DNA from: Octopus vulgaris | Lineage: Eukaryota | Assembly: GCA_951406725.2 (NCBI GenBank) | Contig: OX597824.1 | Location: forward strand, 9,610,001-9,674,000 | DNA: 64,000 nt | Reading direction: 5' to 3' | Shown: positions 1 to 13,047 of the stretch, piece by piece | Position numbering within the stretch: the first letter of the stretch is position 1 | Layout: each line of letters opens with the position of its first letter | The notes under the pieces: model-generated | The model's database searches: none | Told to the model about the DNA's origin: nothing | Seen by the model: the letters and a program-made list of their open reading frames with translations, nothing else | Position numbers and translations under genes: made by a program

Positions 1-79
1 CCGAGGTAAACTTTGCGTTTCACTATTTTAAAATCGGTAATTCAAATATCAGTCATGTATTAAGACCGAAACTTCTCCG

Positions 80-570
80 TCTTTCTCTCCCTCTCTCTCT
101 ATGAAGAAGAAGCAGGAGAAGAAGGAGGAGGAGGAGGGCAGGTGCAGGAGGCGGAGAAGAAGAAGAAGAAGAAGAAGAAGTGGAGGAGGAGAAGGAAGTG
201 GAGGAGGTGGAGAAGCATAAGAAGAAAAAGAAGAAGGAGGAGAAGGTGATGGAGTTGGAGGAGAAGAATAAAAAGAAGAAGGGGGAGGAGGAGAAGGAGG
301 AGAACAACAACAAAAACAACAGCAGCAACACGAAGATCAAGAACAACAACAACACGAACAAGAACAAGAACAAGAAGAAAGACGACATGGAATGTTGTCA
401 AACTGGTAAAGCGGTGATGACCACGCATAGACCAATGCCAGAGGCACACCACAGGGAGCGATGGCAACTCGATGGTTCCATGAGAACTCGAGGTATAAAG
501 ATTTGTAATAGTTCTATGTATAAGAGGGAGAGAGAGAGAGAGAAAGAGAAGGAAAGAGAAAGAGAGATAA
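80..570. repeat. Compound (CT)n/(GAA)n/(GAG)n/(AAC)n/(GA)n microsatellite
   Basis: Directly visible simple repeats; they explain the low-complexity ORFs at 53-617. Confidence 0.9.
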
Positions 571-1461
571 ACTCGGGGGGGGGTTGCTTTCAACACTTTA
601 CCAATGACCGTTATTAAGTATTATTTTGGCTTCAATCTTTCGCTTGCTTTTTCTTGTACTGTTTTTTCTTAAAAACAATGTATTTGGCACAGTTCTGGCT
701 CCACTCTTAGCTTTTGGACAATTCCGATTTCTGTAGTTAATAGATATCACATGAGTTATGCAAAAGTTCTTCGTTGCTAACAGATTCCAAAAACTAATAT
801 AAACACTTGCTATTCTCAATGAATATTTTATAAGCTCACAGCCGACAGTTCTCTATATTTGATTATACGACTTGCTACATTATGTTGTTTCTCCAACCTG
901 ACTAGTCTTATGTGTAGTTTTCTCAAGAGCTATGTATCGACGCATTTGTGTCAGTAGGTATTTTAATAATTTCGTTTCTACTTTTACATTTTCTCAAAAA
1001 CATATTGGCAGATGTTTCCAGTTTGAACTGGCGAAAGAATAGTAACTTGTACGTTACTTTTTAAAAAGCAGTCTTCTTCGTAAATCAATTATTCAGTTAT
1101 TTAGTGTCTTGTGTACGATTTTCAGCCAACAACCAGAGCTACAATTATGGCGATTTCTTATTTGAAAGTTATTGATGAGGTTTCAAAGATTACCACATAT
1201 CAAACAGAAACAAGGCGACAGTGTGGTAGTAAATCACTGTACTAGACTGAATAATTGACAAACTGACCTGTGAAATTATAGTTTTGGGTTCAAATTAAAA
1301 GCGTCATTCTAATGAATGTTGTTAATGTAGATACATGATTCTGCAAAGTGGCTCGGCTTGCACACTATCAAATGGTTGGTAATAAATCAATGGGAATCCT
1401 ACCATTAGAAGTACATTGTGTCTGTCTAACATACTTAACACTAACGCCAGTAATTAGGATG

Positions 1462-1881
1462 GGATCTTTTCGGTTTGACCGGCAGTTTTTTTAAAATAAT
1501 TTCCATGTAACTAAACACTTTTAAACTTCGTATACTGGTAGAATGTGTTTGTAAAACATCTTTTTCTCTTGGCTTTATTGAGAAAATTCTATAGTTTGTA
1601 AGATATTTGTTGGTTGTTTTTCTTCAATTTCTACAATTCCAACCAATCAATGACGTCTATTGAGGTGAAAACATTCTGTGCCGTATGAATATGTCCCTCG
1701 TTTAAGAAACAGATTGGGTTTATTTACATTTGTGAAGAAAAAAAGATACCCTTCCCCCCCAACCCTAACCCTAAGCCTAAAACAGATTGAAATGCAATAG
1801 ATCGATACTAGGGTCATAATTATGGGTGACAATATCATATGACACCGCTAGAAAAAACTGTCGTTCAAACCGAAAAGATCC
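1462..1881. mobile_element. Non-autonomous TIR DNA element (MITE-like), copy 1
   Basis: Termini ggatcttttcggtttgaccggcagttttt ... aaaaaactgtcgttcaaaccgaaaagatcc; flanks ttaggat(g)/ttaggat(t); internal ccctaaccctaagcctaa; near-identical inverted copy at 27795-28208. Confidence 0.9.
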
Positions 1882-2624
1882 TTAGGATTTCCCATCGAAC
1901 TGAAATTAAGTAACAAAAATTGTTAGATTTTAACCTCGTTAAAAGCAGCTGCATTATAAAATTAACGAGTGTTTCTTTGGCTGGTGGACATGGGTTCAAT
2001 TTGTGATTGTTGTCGTAAATATAGATTTATCGTGCATGTCTTACTTGGCTAAACATACCTTCAATTGCGGAGAAGATTGTCGGAGCGCAATGTCAAGATT
2101 AAAGGTTTATAATATTCGTGGGCCTACCTAGGTAGACAGATCGGTAGGTTTATATATAATATGGTGTCAGCTATTCTTTTAATATCGCCTGCAATCCGTT
2201 GAAATGATCCGTTAAGTTATATACTGTGACTCCCTTTTAGAGATATCTGACGAAGAACTTAGTTTCTCTATGCAGGTTATAATAACGAATTAGTTGTTTC
2301 TCATTCCCTAAAATTCTGCAGAATGAGTTGCAGCACGTGCTGAGAAATTGTATTAAATCAACTAATCAGTGTATCTTAAATCTGCCCAATGTGAATACAT
2401 GGATTGAAATGGGTTTTGTGTTTTTGTTTTCTTAGTAGAGCTCCATTAATCCACACATTTCTTATACTTCTTTCTGTGGTCTTGACAGTACCTGTCATCG
2501 GCTTGCTATGACATTTTTCCAGATAATTATTTTTCCATATACGAAACATATGTCTAAATATACACATTAGTGTGAACGTGCAAACTGTAAATCGCGCTAG
2601 GACGTGAGATCTACCACCACATTA

Positions 2625-2840
2625 TATTTCTTTACTACCCACAAGGGGCTAAACACAAAGGGGACAAACAAGGACAGACAAAGGGATTAAGTCAATTACA
2701 TCGACCCCAGTGCGTAACTGGTACTTAATTTATCGACCCCGAAAGGATGAAAGGCAAATACGACCTCGGCGGAATTTGAACTCGGAACGTAACGACAGAC
2801 GAAATACGGCTACGCTAACGTTTCTGCCAGCTCGCCGTCT
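2625..2840 (-). mobile_element. tRNA-derived SINE family B
   Basis: Reverse complement of the head ggcgagctggcagaaacgttagc, B-box-like gagttcaaattcc, body gcctttcatcctttcggggtcgataaattaagtaccag, tail aaagaaata; degenerate TSD tctaccac(c/t)ac(a/t)ttat. Confidence 0.85.
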
Positions 2841-4550
2841 TCTCTACCACTACTTTATGTATTATAACATACATACATATGTGTCCATAAACATACGCCC
2901 ACAGTTTTGATGGGACATTTGACAGAGGTACAAACGTTGTTGACCGTGGGCCTTCTACTAAATATATTTTTGGCAGGGGAAATCCAATATGCACTAAATT
3001 TATATCCAGCGACACTTTACGAGCGGCTTGATAGATTCTAGCCGTCACCCTAGCATTTACATGTGGTATTTTTGAAAAATAATGTGTTGTCAGAGGTATG
3101 AACTTTCTTTGGTCTTGTCTTATATTATGAAGCCGTTATCTGGCAACGGTTGTTGGTTGTCTGTTATCTCTTGCCTATTAGCTTCACTGCTTCTTCTGTG
3201 AATATGTTGCATTTCAACTTTCCTTGGCAGGCTTAGCTCTGGTAAGTAGAGCAAAAATAGATCATGGCATGCAGCTATCATGCAAAATATAGTATTAGCA
3301 GAGTCCCCTTCAATGGGTTTTTAATGAAAATCGTACAGAACAGAAATAAGCGAGAGAGGAGAGAGAGAGAGGCCGAGAGAGAGAAAAGAGAGCGCGCTGA
3401 CGTCGTAGATTTACCGTTCCCAAGTTTAAGCGAGTTTGCGAGTCTTAATTGTGTGACAGAATACTAGAAGTCTGCTAATGATGTAATTTATTTCTGTTTA
3501 TTTTGTTTGGCAAACTTCTTTGATTACAAATGTCAGTCCAAACCTAGTGCTCATTATATTTTCCAGTTGAATGGACTAGATATGATATTGGTAACTATTT
3601 CGCAGAACATAGCTCTGCTAAGATGTTTGATATGTCGTCTAGAATATTGAGGTGGCTTCGTAACTAGATATTCATGTTATCTAGATGGAAATATTGTGGC
3701 TTAATTCAGCTGTAATGACTCCTGGTCAGTCACCAGGACGAAGTGAATATAATCTCGATTCCCAATCATAAAATCTTATTGGTCTTGCCTACAAATAAAT
3801 AACTTTGACTAAAATATATTTCGAAAGATGCATAGTGTAAATTTTACTGAAATGAAATAGTAATATAAATAAAACATTATTTGAGAAAAAAATTCTAAAG
3901 AGAAGAAATTCCCGAAAAAAAGAACATTGAAATAATGTTGTTGTTTTTTTTTCATTTATATTGTGATCTGAAAAAATATGGTAGAAAAGAACAGAGATAG
4001 AATGAAAAATTTTATCGAGTGTACTTATATTTGTGAAGCTTGGCTGTAACAAACGGAGAAAAGCAGAAAGCATTATATCAGCAAAATTTGAGAAGAGGAA
4101 TGCTACGCAGCAACAATGGATTATCGGATAGAAGGAGTTTCGAAGAGTGCAGATTCTTATACAAAATCTTGTTTTTCCTAAATGTCATTTTATACTTGAG
4201 AAGGCATTTTTTTTTCCTAAAGAAGCTATAAGCAGCTTTCTAGATCCTTCAGAATCCTAAACCCTGCTCTATTGTAACTTGTTTGAAGTTGGAAAGGACT
4301 CAAATGCAATAGAGTTACTATAGGAGAAAAAAAAATTGAAGTTGGGAAATTCTACTCCACTCAACATTAATTTGATTTAGTGTGTATGCAGGTTTGCAAA
4401 ACGAATGGATTGCAATTTTAATTGTTATAAAATTATACAAGCAGTCATAATACTTAAAACATTTTAGATATTAATAATAACATGCAAAAAATATATATTA
4501 GATATTAATGATAGCATGCAAAAATATGATACCTACTGCAATGATATATT

Positions 4551-4957
4551 TATTTTTTTATTGCCCACAGGGGCCTGAACATAGAGTGGACAAACAAGGA
4601 CAAACAAAGGGATTAAGTCGATTACATCGACCCCAGTGCGTAACTGGTACTTAATTTATCGACCCCGAAAGGATGAAAGGCGAAGTCGACCTCGGTGGAA
4701 TTTGAACTCAGAACGTAACAGCAGACGAAATACCTATTTCTTTACCACCCACAAGGGTATAAACACAGAGAGGACAAACAAAGAGATTAAGTCGATTACA
4801 TCGACCCCAGTGCGTAACTGGCACTTATTTAATCGACCCCGAGAGGATGAAAGGCAAAGTCGACCTCGGCGGAATTTGAACTCAGAACGTAGTGGCAGAC
4901 GAAGTACTGCTAAGTATTTTGCCTGGCGTGCTAATGTTTCTGCCAGCTCGCCGCCTT
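4551..4957 (-). mobile_element. SINE family B, head plus two tandem bodies
   Basis: Two body units joined near 4735; 19-bp TSD cctactgcaat(g/a)atatatt at 4532-4550 and 4958-4976. Confidence 0.9.
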
Positions 4958-5087
4958 CCTACTGCAATAATATATTGACGAGGCTAACAATGGTTGCACT
5001 GGAAAATCTAGTTTGTTCCAATATATACAGGCATGTGCGTGTGTTAATAGATGGATGGATGTACGTATATGTATAAATGTGAGAGAG

Positions 5088-5399
5088 TTTGAAGGCGTGT
5101 GGATAAGTGATGAGGGTGTTGCCTTCACGATCACAAGGTCTTGGTTTCGATTCCCAGACAGGTTGTGCGATATACTCTTGACTATAACACATTTGAAGGT
5201 GTATGGATAAGTGGTCAGGGTGTTCCCTTCACGATCACAAGGTCTTGGTTTCGATTCCCAGACAGGTTGTGCGATATACTCTTGACTATAACACATTTGA
5301 AGGTGTAAGGATAAGTGGTCAGGGTGTTCCCTTCACGATCACAAGGTCATGGTTACGATTCCCAGACAGGCTGTGCGATGTACTCTTGACTAAACACGT
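5088..5399 (+). repeat. 104-bp tandem repeat x3 of a tRNA-like SINE head
   Basis: Units start tttgaagg at 5088, 5192 and 5296; each has an A-box-like tggataagtgg and a B-box-like ggtttcgattccc. Confidence 0.85.
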
Positions 5400-5860
5400 T
5401 AATTTACCTTGCTTCAGTCCTCTCAGATATAAATGGGCAACCCAGCACCCTGGTATCAATCGAAAGCTACAACAATGCAACAATGTGAGGAAGTGCATTG
5501 TGACTAGTGACGTATAACATCATCCAATACACTGAACCGATACAGTGATGTACATATGTGGGGGCGGAGGGGGGGGGAACGTCAACCACAGAAGTGAGTA
5601 ATGTTCAGCTTTTGAAAAACAAGTAATTTTCAAATTTTTTCAGAATACGAAAAATCTATTTCCACCATCTTATGAAACATGTTTCCTTAGATGCTGTGAA
5701 TTATAATATACATGAGAGAATGGATTTGCGAGGATTCAGTTGCTTGGCTATTGTTTACATTTCAGAAAAGAACGATTCAAGAATGAGAAATTGTTGTCGT
5801 CTTACTACGAGTGCGACGACGCAGACTAACGGTGTGGTTGTTATATTTATGTCTCACACA

Positions 5861-6240
5861 GAGGCACAATGGCCCAGTGGTTAGGGCAGCGGACTCGCGG
5901 TCGTAGGATCGCGGTTTCGATTCCCAGACCGGGCGTTGTGAGTGTTTATTGAGCGAAGACACCTAAAGCTCCACGAGGCTCCGGCAGGGGATGGTGATGA
6001 TCCCTGCTGTACTCTTTCACCACAACTTTCTCTCACTATTTCTTTGTTTCTGTTGTACCTGTATTTCAAAGGGCCGGCCTTGTCACTCTCTGTGTCACGC
6101 TGAATCTCCTCGAGAACTACGTTAAGGGTACACGTGTCTGTGGAGTGCTCAGTCACTTACACGTTAATTTCGCGAGCAGGCTGTTCCGTTGGTCGGATCA
6201 ACCGGAACCCTCGTCGTCGTAACCGACGGAGGGCTTCCCA
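5861..6240 (+). mobile_element. tRNA-derived SINE family D
   Basis: A box tggcccagtggttagg, B box ggtttcgattccc; 13-bp TSD tatgtctcacaca at 5848-5860 and 6241-6253; further copies at 45685, 48662 and 59817. Confidence 0.92.
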
Positions 6241-6472
6241 TATGTCTCACACAACAGTGTCAGAAGATGAAAGGTAACCGAGAGCGCAGGACTAACTGAC
6301 TTCTCAGAATACCTATACATCATAGGAATTTGAAAATATTCAATTGTGTCTCGGCAAGCAGCAGGCAAGTCACGTGAGATTTTATTTTATTCCTTTTGTG
6401 TGTTTTGTTTTTGTTTTTTTTTAATTTTATTTCTCAGAATACACTGTTTTAAAATAGTCGCATTCATGGAAA

Positions 6473-6860
6473 TCTATATATATAAAGCTGAAGTTGTGTA
6501 TAGCAGGTTTGGTAGCCTTCAACTAACACTATCTCCTCCGAGACCCTGTGGCGCAAGTTGACCAAAATTGAGAGTATGATAGCAGAAGGCTTGCTCTTCC
6601 TTCCGTAGGAGAAATAATTCAAATCGGACCATGTTAACACCAAAAATTATTTACATCAAAAAGGTGGGGTTTTTTTCTATGAAAATCCCTATTTTTTACG
6701 ATTTTTTGACTGCTGTGTCGCCATTTTTCGGTGTATTTCAACCAGAAAAATGTTCACTTAAAGAGAATAACAAGCTACATAATGCAAACTTTTTACTTTT
6801 CAAAAATTCTAATTCTAAAAGGTCGAAACAAACCCGAGCAACGCCAGGCGATACTGCTAG
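6473..6860 (+). mobile_element. Non-autonomous Helitron
   Basis: Starts a|TCtatatatataaa, ends in a GC-rich hairpin-like cccgagcaacgccagg followed by CTAG; no TSD; related copies at 13685 and 44745. Confidence 0.85.
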
Positions 6861-7913
6861 GTTTAACTAAAATAATGAAATAATAGGTGTTTCTATCTTA
6901 AGCAGAAGACCAGAAAATTTCAAGAAGGTAATAGGTGAGTCACTTTCAACTCAGTACTTGAGTGGTACTTTATTTTATCGAAATAATTCCGAAATGATGA
7001 AGTACAAATTTGACAAAGAGATTTGTTTCAATAAAATTTGCCACTTCTGTTCAATCCTTATCGTCAGAATGCTTCGAGAATATTTCAGGAACTTATCAAA
7101 CATTATGTATGCTTGTGTATGTGTGTGTGTGAATGCATGCATTTATATATCTGTGAATATTGGTATGCCTACATGTGTGTATGTATGAATGTGATTCATG
7201 TGTGTGTGTGAATTTTGACCGTTCACTTTCTTGGTAGAAATGTTTTGGAGGAAAGATTCTTGCTCTAACTATTATCGTAAAAGATCTGCATGGGATTATG
7301 GCTGATGTTGCTTAGTGAGTGGGATTGACTCAGTGCAAAGCCTTTCCTCACTTTAAAAACAATCCCCTTGCACAGGCATTGCACGATAACAACATTGATT
7401 AAGCTTCGTGCAATGGCCATACTCGATAACGAGGGGGGGGCAGCCACCACGTATGTACTATATGGATGTATGTTATGTATGTCTATAGGTATGTGTGTAT
7501 GGCGGTATGCAAGTACGAATATTTATTGGTATGCACGCATTTCCTTTCCGTATGTGTTATCTTATCTTTATTCATCTCGGCATTCAATTATAAATTTATG
7601 CATTAACGTGTGTGTATATGCGTGTACATATATTTTCGGTTAGTAAATTTTCTTTAAGAAATCGAAGTGACAACACAGCAATGCTCCAGTTTTATATAAA
7701 TAATTTATCTTCATATTTTCTAATATCTTTTGCTGAGGTTAAAAATAGAATATTTATAGTTCTGGGGGGGGGGGAGAAAAATCGATATTTTAAGAAACGT
7801 AGAACCGCAGTATATTGATATTTCCATTTCCTCGAGTTATGTGTGTGTGTGTGTGTGTGCATGTACATTTATATATATAATTTGCATGTATATATATATA
7901 TATGTATGTATAA

Positions 7914-7945
<32 letters not shown>

Positions 7946-7964
7946 CCACACTTTTATTTATAAA

Positions 7965-8130
7965 TGAAGAAGAAAAAGATGATGATAATGATGATGATGA
8001 TGATGGAGAAGATGATCAAGAAGAAGAAGAAGAAGAAGAAGGAGACGAAGAAGGAGACGAAGAAGAAGAAGAAGAAGAAGAAGAAGAAGAAGAAGACGAA
8101 GAAGAAGACGAAGAAGAAGAAGAAGAAGAA
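7965..8130. repeat. (GAT)n/(GAA)n microsatellite
   Basis: Directly visible; explains the poly-K and poly-F ORFs. Confidence 0.9.
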
Positions 8131-8521
8131 TTTTGGCAAAGTTTAAGGTGCAGGGGTTAGTGGACATCCCCACCAGAGGTACTTTTATTTCAGCCCTGAA
8201 AAGACGAAAGGCAAAGTGGACCTTTACGTGAATTGAACACAGAACGTAAAGATTCGGAGCAAACATTGTGAGGCATTTTTCGAACGCTCTATGGAAGTTT
8301 TCAAGTCCCCTTCACATGATTTTGATAACGACGATAACAATAATACTCCTAAGAACAAGGCCTGAAATTCGGGGCTAAGGGACGAATCGATTACAATGGC
8401 CACAGTACTTGACTAGAATTAGATTCATTAACACGGAGAGGATGACACGGGAAGGCGGCAGAATTTGGACTATGAACGTCAAGAAAAACAGACAAAAGTA
8501 CTTTTAATGCTAATGCTAATA

Positions 8522-8556
<35 letters not shown>

Positions 8557-8778
8557 GATACAAGGCCAGTGATTTCTAGGTTGGTGTAAGTCGATCACAT
8601 CGACAATAGTGTTTAACCGGTACTTATTGCGTCGCTCTCGAAAGGATGAAACGCAAAGTCGACCTCGGCGAAATTTGATCTCAGAACATGAGGACTTACG
8701 AAATGCCGCGAATCATTTCGCCCGGCATGCTAATAACATTCTATCAGCTTGTCACCTCACTGCATTTAGAAATGTAAC

Positions 8779-9367
8779 AAGGCGGCGAGCTGGCAGAAAC
8801 GTTAGCGCGCCAGGCGAAATGTTTCGCGGTATTTCGTCTGTCGTTACGTTCTGAGTTCAATTTCCGCCGAGGTTGACTTTGCCTTGCATCCTTTCGGTGT
8901 CGATAAATTAAGTACCAGTTACGCACTGGGGTCGATGTAATCAACTTAATACATTTGTCTGTCCTTGTTTGTCCCCTTTATATTTAGCCCCTTGTGGGTA
9001 ATAAAGAAATATGTATTTCGGCTGCCATGAGGTTCTGAGTTCAAATTCCGCCGAGGTCGACTTTGCCTTTCATTCTTTCGGGGTTGATTTAATAAGTACC
9101 AGTTACGCACTGGGGTCGATATAATCGACTTAATCCCTTTGTCTGTCCCCTCTGTGTTTAGCTCCGTATGGGTGGTAAAGAAATAAGTATTTCGTCTGCC
9201 GCTGCGTTCTAAGTTCAAATTCCGCCGAGGTCGACTTTGCCTTTTATCCTTTCGCTGTCGATTAAATAAGTACCAGTTACGCTCTAGGATGGATGAAATT
9301 GATTTAATCCGTCTGTCTCTCCTTGTTTGTCCCTCTAAGTTTAGCCTCTAAGTTTGTGGGCAATAAA
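8779..9367 (+). mobile_element. SINE family B, head plus three tandem bodies
   Basis: Head aaggcggcgagctggcag at 8779; body restarts at gtatttcg near 9013 and 9188, each after an aaagaaata tail. Confidence 0.88.
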
Positions 9368-9984
9368 AACATTAAAAAAATTTTTTTTTAAACAAGAATT
9401 ATAACATAGCAAAGATTTTGAAGACACGCCGAGACATTCATTTCCAGCATTTGGAACAAAAGACCTCTGATAATTACAAGGAAAACTTGGCTGTCTTAGA
9501 AAAAGATAAACGCGAAACAACTATTAAATTTCAGCTTGCAAACAGAATATACATTGCGCCAGACATCGTTTTTCATGTTATGATTTATTAATCATTGTTA
9601 CAGCGTTATCAAATTACTGATGTAACAGCATTGTTTATTTTTCATGCTAACCTTTAGCACGGAGTATATCCATAGATTTTTGAGCCGTCACGCCTTTCGT
9701 AAATTAATTAATTAGCTAAATTTATTAGATGCGCAAATCAGTCGTAAATGTCCGTCATGACAGATGTTTACAACTGCTTCGTGTATTTGGTAAGTTTAAT
9801 TAATTTACGGCTGCATTAATTGCGGCTCCAAGCCAATGAATGTTCGGTTTGCTTAATGATAATAACGCTGATGAAGAAACAAGATGAGAAGCGGAGGAAA
9901 TACAAGGACTTAGTTATTGAATCCCTGTGATTATTGAAGAACGGTTATCTCATACCGTTTCTAATTGGTTCGACTGGGAATACA

Positions 9985-10261
9985 ATAACAACAATAATAG
10001 CGATGAGAAGGAGGAGGAGGAGGAGGGGAAGGAGGACGGGGATGGGGCGTAGGTGGTGGCGACGGCGGTGGCGAAGACAACAATGACGGTGACGATAACG
10101 ATGGTGATGATGATGATGATGACGATGATAGCAGCGGCGGAGGAGGAGTCGCGGGGGCGGATGTGGCGGCGGCGGCGGGGGCGGTGCAGACTACAACGAC
10201 GGCGACGATAACGATGATAATGATGATGATGATGACGACGATGACGATGACGATGATGACA

Positions 10262-10292
<31 letters not shown>

Positions 10293-10480
10293 CGAATATG
10301 ACGACTATGACGATCACAATGACGACGACGATAATGATGGTGATGATGATGGTGACAATGATGATGATAATGATGATGACATCGTTTATTGGCCATAAGA
10401 GGTCGAAATATTGGAGACAATATCAAAGAGGAAGATACAACAATAGCAACACCAACAACACCACCAACAACAACAACAAT
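9985..10480. repeat. Compound trinucleotide microsatellite (GAG/GGC/GAT/GAC/AAC)
   Basis: Directly visible; explains the His-, Ile- and Met-rich ORFs. Confidence 0.9.
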
Positions 10481-10819
10481 AATTACGGTTTCAAGTTTGG
10501 CCAAAAGGCCAGCAAGTGCTCTACGGGTATTTATTTTATCGATCTCGAAAGGACGAAAGACAAAAGTAACCAGAAGCAGGGTACCAGGGTACCTCTAACT
10601 CTAGACGTGTGGTGAAGACACCAGAAGCACCCGCGAAAGCAAAACGCATAAACTAGACTCGAGATGATTAAAGAGACGTTTTGAAAGCCCAATTAAGCTC
10701 AGGTAATATCCTCATTATGCAAACAAACATTCATCAAGAAATTTCGAAGGTAATAAAGTACGAAGCTATATAGATGCAAATGAATTAAGTAATGTACGTA
10801 AAAACCTCATTAAAAATAA

Positions 10820-12330
10820 ATGACTGATGCTGAAAGTGATCGAATTGAAACGCAAATATCTGATGGTAGACGAAATAAAAAATAAAACAGCAATGAAGTC
10901 GATGAAATAAGCGAGAGAAAGACAGGAATTTGTGTAAGAGAACTAATTATAAAATCAGCGAGGAAACAAGAAAGAATGGTGAAGAAAAGAAATGTGGAGA
11001 ATGAGGAAAACGTAGATCTACCTCAAGAATACGAAAATAGAAACAAGAATTTGAAGAGAAATAATAGAGTAAAGATCACAGAAGCAAAAGAAGACATTAT
11101 AGGAGAATTCAGAAAGAGTGAGTTTACTGATGTGGTTAATAGAGAACTGCTACCAAAGTTTACAAAGAATAACAGCAAAATAACAACAAAATCTTGATAT
11201 ATAATGTTGCTCTGAGTCAGATCGTAAAAAGTAAGAGAAGTGGTTTAAGAATCTTAAATAAGTGTATATGATCTACTGCTGAAGTTGTAACTACTCGTAA
11301 ACAAGTATGTTTTGATATTGCTAAGAAAAAGATCAGACATATAAATAGACCCCTTAAATGGAAAGTAAAAATGCGAAAATAGATTGAACGTCTACGAACC
11401 GAACTGTCAGTTCTCGCTAAAATTTCTAGCGGAGTAAAATTTAAAAGCAAGAAAGATTAGAAAAAAACAGGCAAAAATATAAAATAACAGATCTTGTAAT
11501 GTTCCTTGCGACTAAGGAACTATTGGAAAATGGTATATAGTTAAAAAGCCCAACCGCCAAGAAGTTAGGACAAAAGAAGGCAATTCTATCGTCAAAACGA
11601 AATATTTCAAGACATGCGGAGTTTTAGAAATTTGCAAAAGTAAGGAAACACTTAAGAAGGAAGAAATGGAAGAATTTTAGGAGAAGATACGGAGCAACGA
11701 AAGGCAACTTAATGATAAAGTGGAATGGATAGACGTGAGAAAAAACATGAATGGATGAATTTGAAGAACAGGAACAGAAGGACTAAGGTGTAGTCTTAGA
11801 AAGGCCAAACAAATGGAAATCTACTCGACTGGGCCGGATCCCTAACTTCTGGGTGAATTGTTTCGCTGAAGTACACGAAAATCTTTCTGTATCGCTAATA
11901 TTATTCAGAGCCCAGAAAAAGAGAACTGCCTCGCTGATTGAAGGGACTACCATCCCCCTACGGAAAACCGATGATACAAAGAAATACACAGAATTGCCGA
12001 CCAGTAATATATCTCAGTACCACTTCCAAGATCCTCGCATCCATAAAAACTCAAAGAAAGTATACTTTCCTAGAGCAGAACTCCATCCTTACATAAGCGC
12101 AAAAAGGTTGTAAAAGAAATCCCTATGGATGCAAATACCAATTGTTCAATTGTTCAATAGAATAACTTTAGAGAATTGGTCTCTCCCATCGTTCTTACGA
12201 AATAATATGACTAAATAGAACGCACGTCTTTTTCAAAACTACAGAAATGGGATGAGCAAACCCAGCAGCATCGACACCAACAGACATCATTCAAAGTGAC
12301 TCCCTTTCCATAGCATTTTTTTCATCGCTC
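10820..12330 (+). pseudogene. Degenerate non-LTR retrotransposon ORF (R4/Dong-like reverse transcriptase N-half)
   Basis: Broken frames give KWKSTRLGRIPNFW (cf. NWKSPGPDGIPNFW), NCRPVIYLSTTSKILASI (cf. NYRPITCL), QKGCKRNPYGCKYQL and IIQSDSLS (cf. GIFQGDSLS); many stops and frameshifts. Confidence 0.8.
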
Positions 12331-12357
12331 AAATTCTACCCTTAAATGAAATGAACA

Positions 12358-13047
12358 ACGTTTCTGCCAGTTCGCCGCCTTGAAATTGTGATATTCTTTT
12401 CTACTCTAGGTACAAGGCCTGAAAATTTGAGGGGAAGGGCCAGTCGATTACATCGACCCCAGTACGCAACTGGTACTTAAATTATCGACCCCCAAAAGGA
12501 TCAAAGAAAAGTCGATCTTGGCAGAATTTGAACTCAGAACATAAAAACAGATAAAAAATACTGCTAAGCATTTCGCCAGGTATGTTAACGTTTCGGTTAG
12601 CCCGCCACCTTGACATTATGATAAATATTTATTTCTGTATTGCAAACAGAGGGCTAAAGATAGAGGGGACAAAAAAGGACAGACAAACGGATTAAGTGGA
12701 TTACATCGACCCCAGTGCGTAACTGGTATTCATTTAATCGAGCCCGAAAGGACGATAGGAAAAGTCGACATCGGCGGAATTTGAACTCAGGACGTAAAGA
12801 CAGACGAAATACCTATTTCTTTACTACCCACAAGGGGCTAAACACAGAGAGGACCAACAAGGACAGACAAACGGATTAAGTCGATTATATCGACCCCCAG
12901 TGCGTAACTGGTACTTATTTAATCGATCTCGAAAGGATGAAAGGCAAAGTCGACCTCGGCGGAATTTAAACTCAGAACGTAACGGAAGGCGAAATACGGC
13001 TACGCATTTCGCCCGGCGTGCTAACGATTCTGCCAGCTCGGTGCCTT
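12358..13047 (-). mobile_element. Cluster of SINE B elements: truncated head, B variant with alternative tail, B dimer
   Basis: Three SINE heads end at about 12381, 12611 and 13047, each followed by ga(a/c)att(g/a)tgata. Confidence 0.85.

Noticed and set aside
5861-5935. tRNA gene candidates at SINE heads
   Set aside because: Cloverleaf incomplete, continuous with SINE bodies and flanked by TSDs.
7020-7070. CTGACGA...GAAA on the minus strand, and isolated CTGANGA hits near 2248, 9869 and 21285
   Set aside because: Stems II and III or the GAAA do not fit; chance matches.
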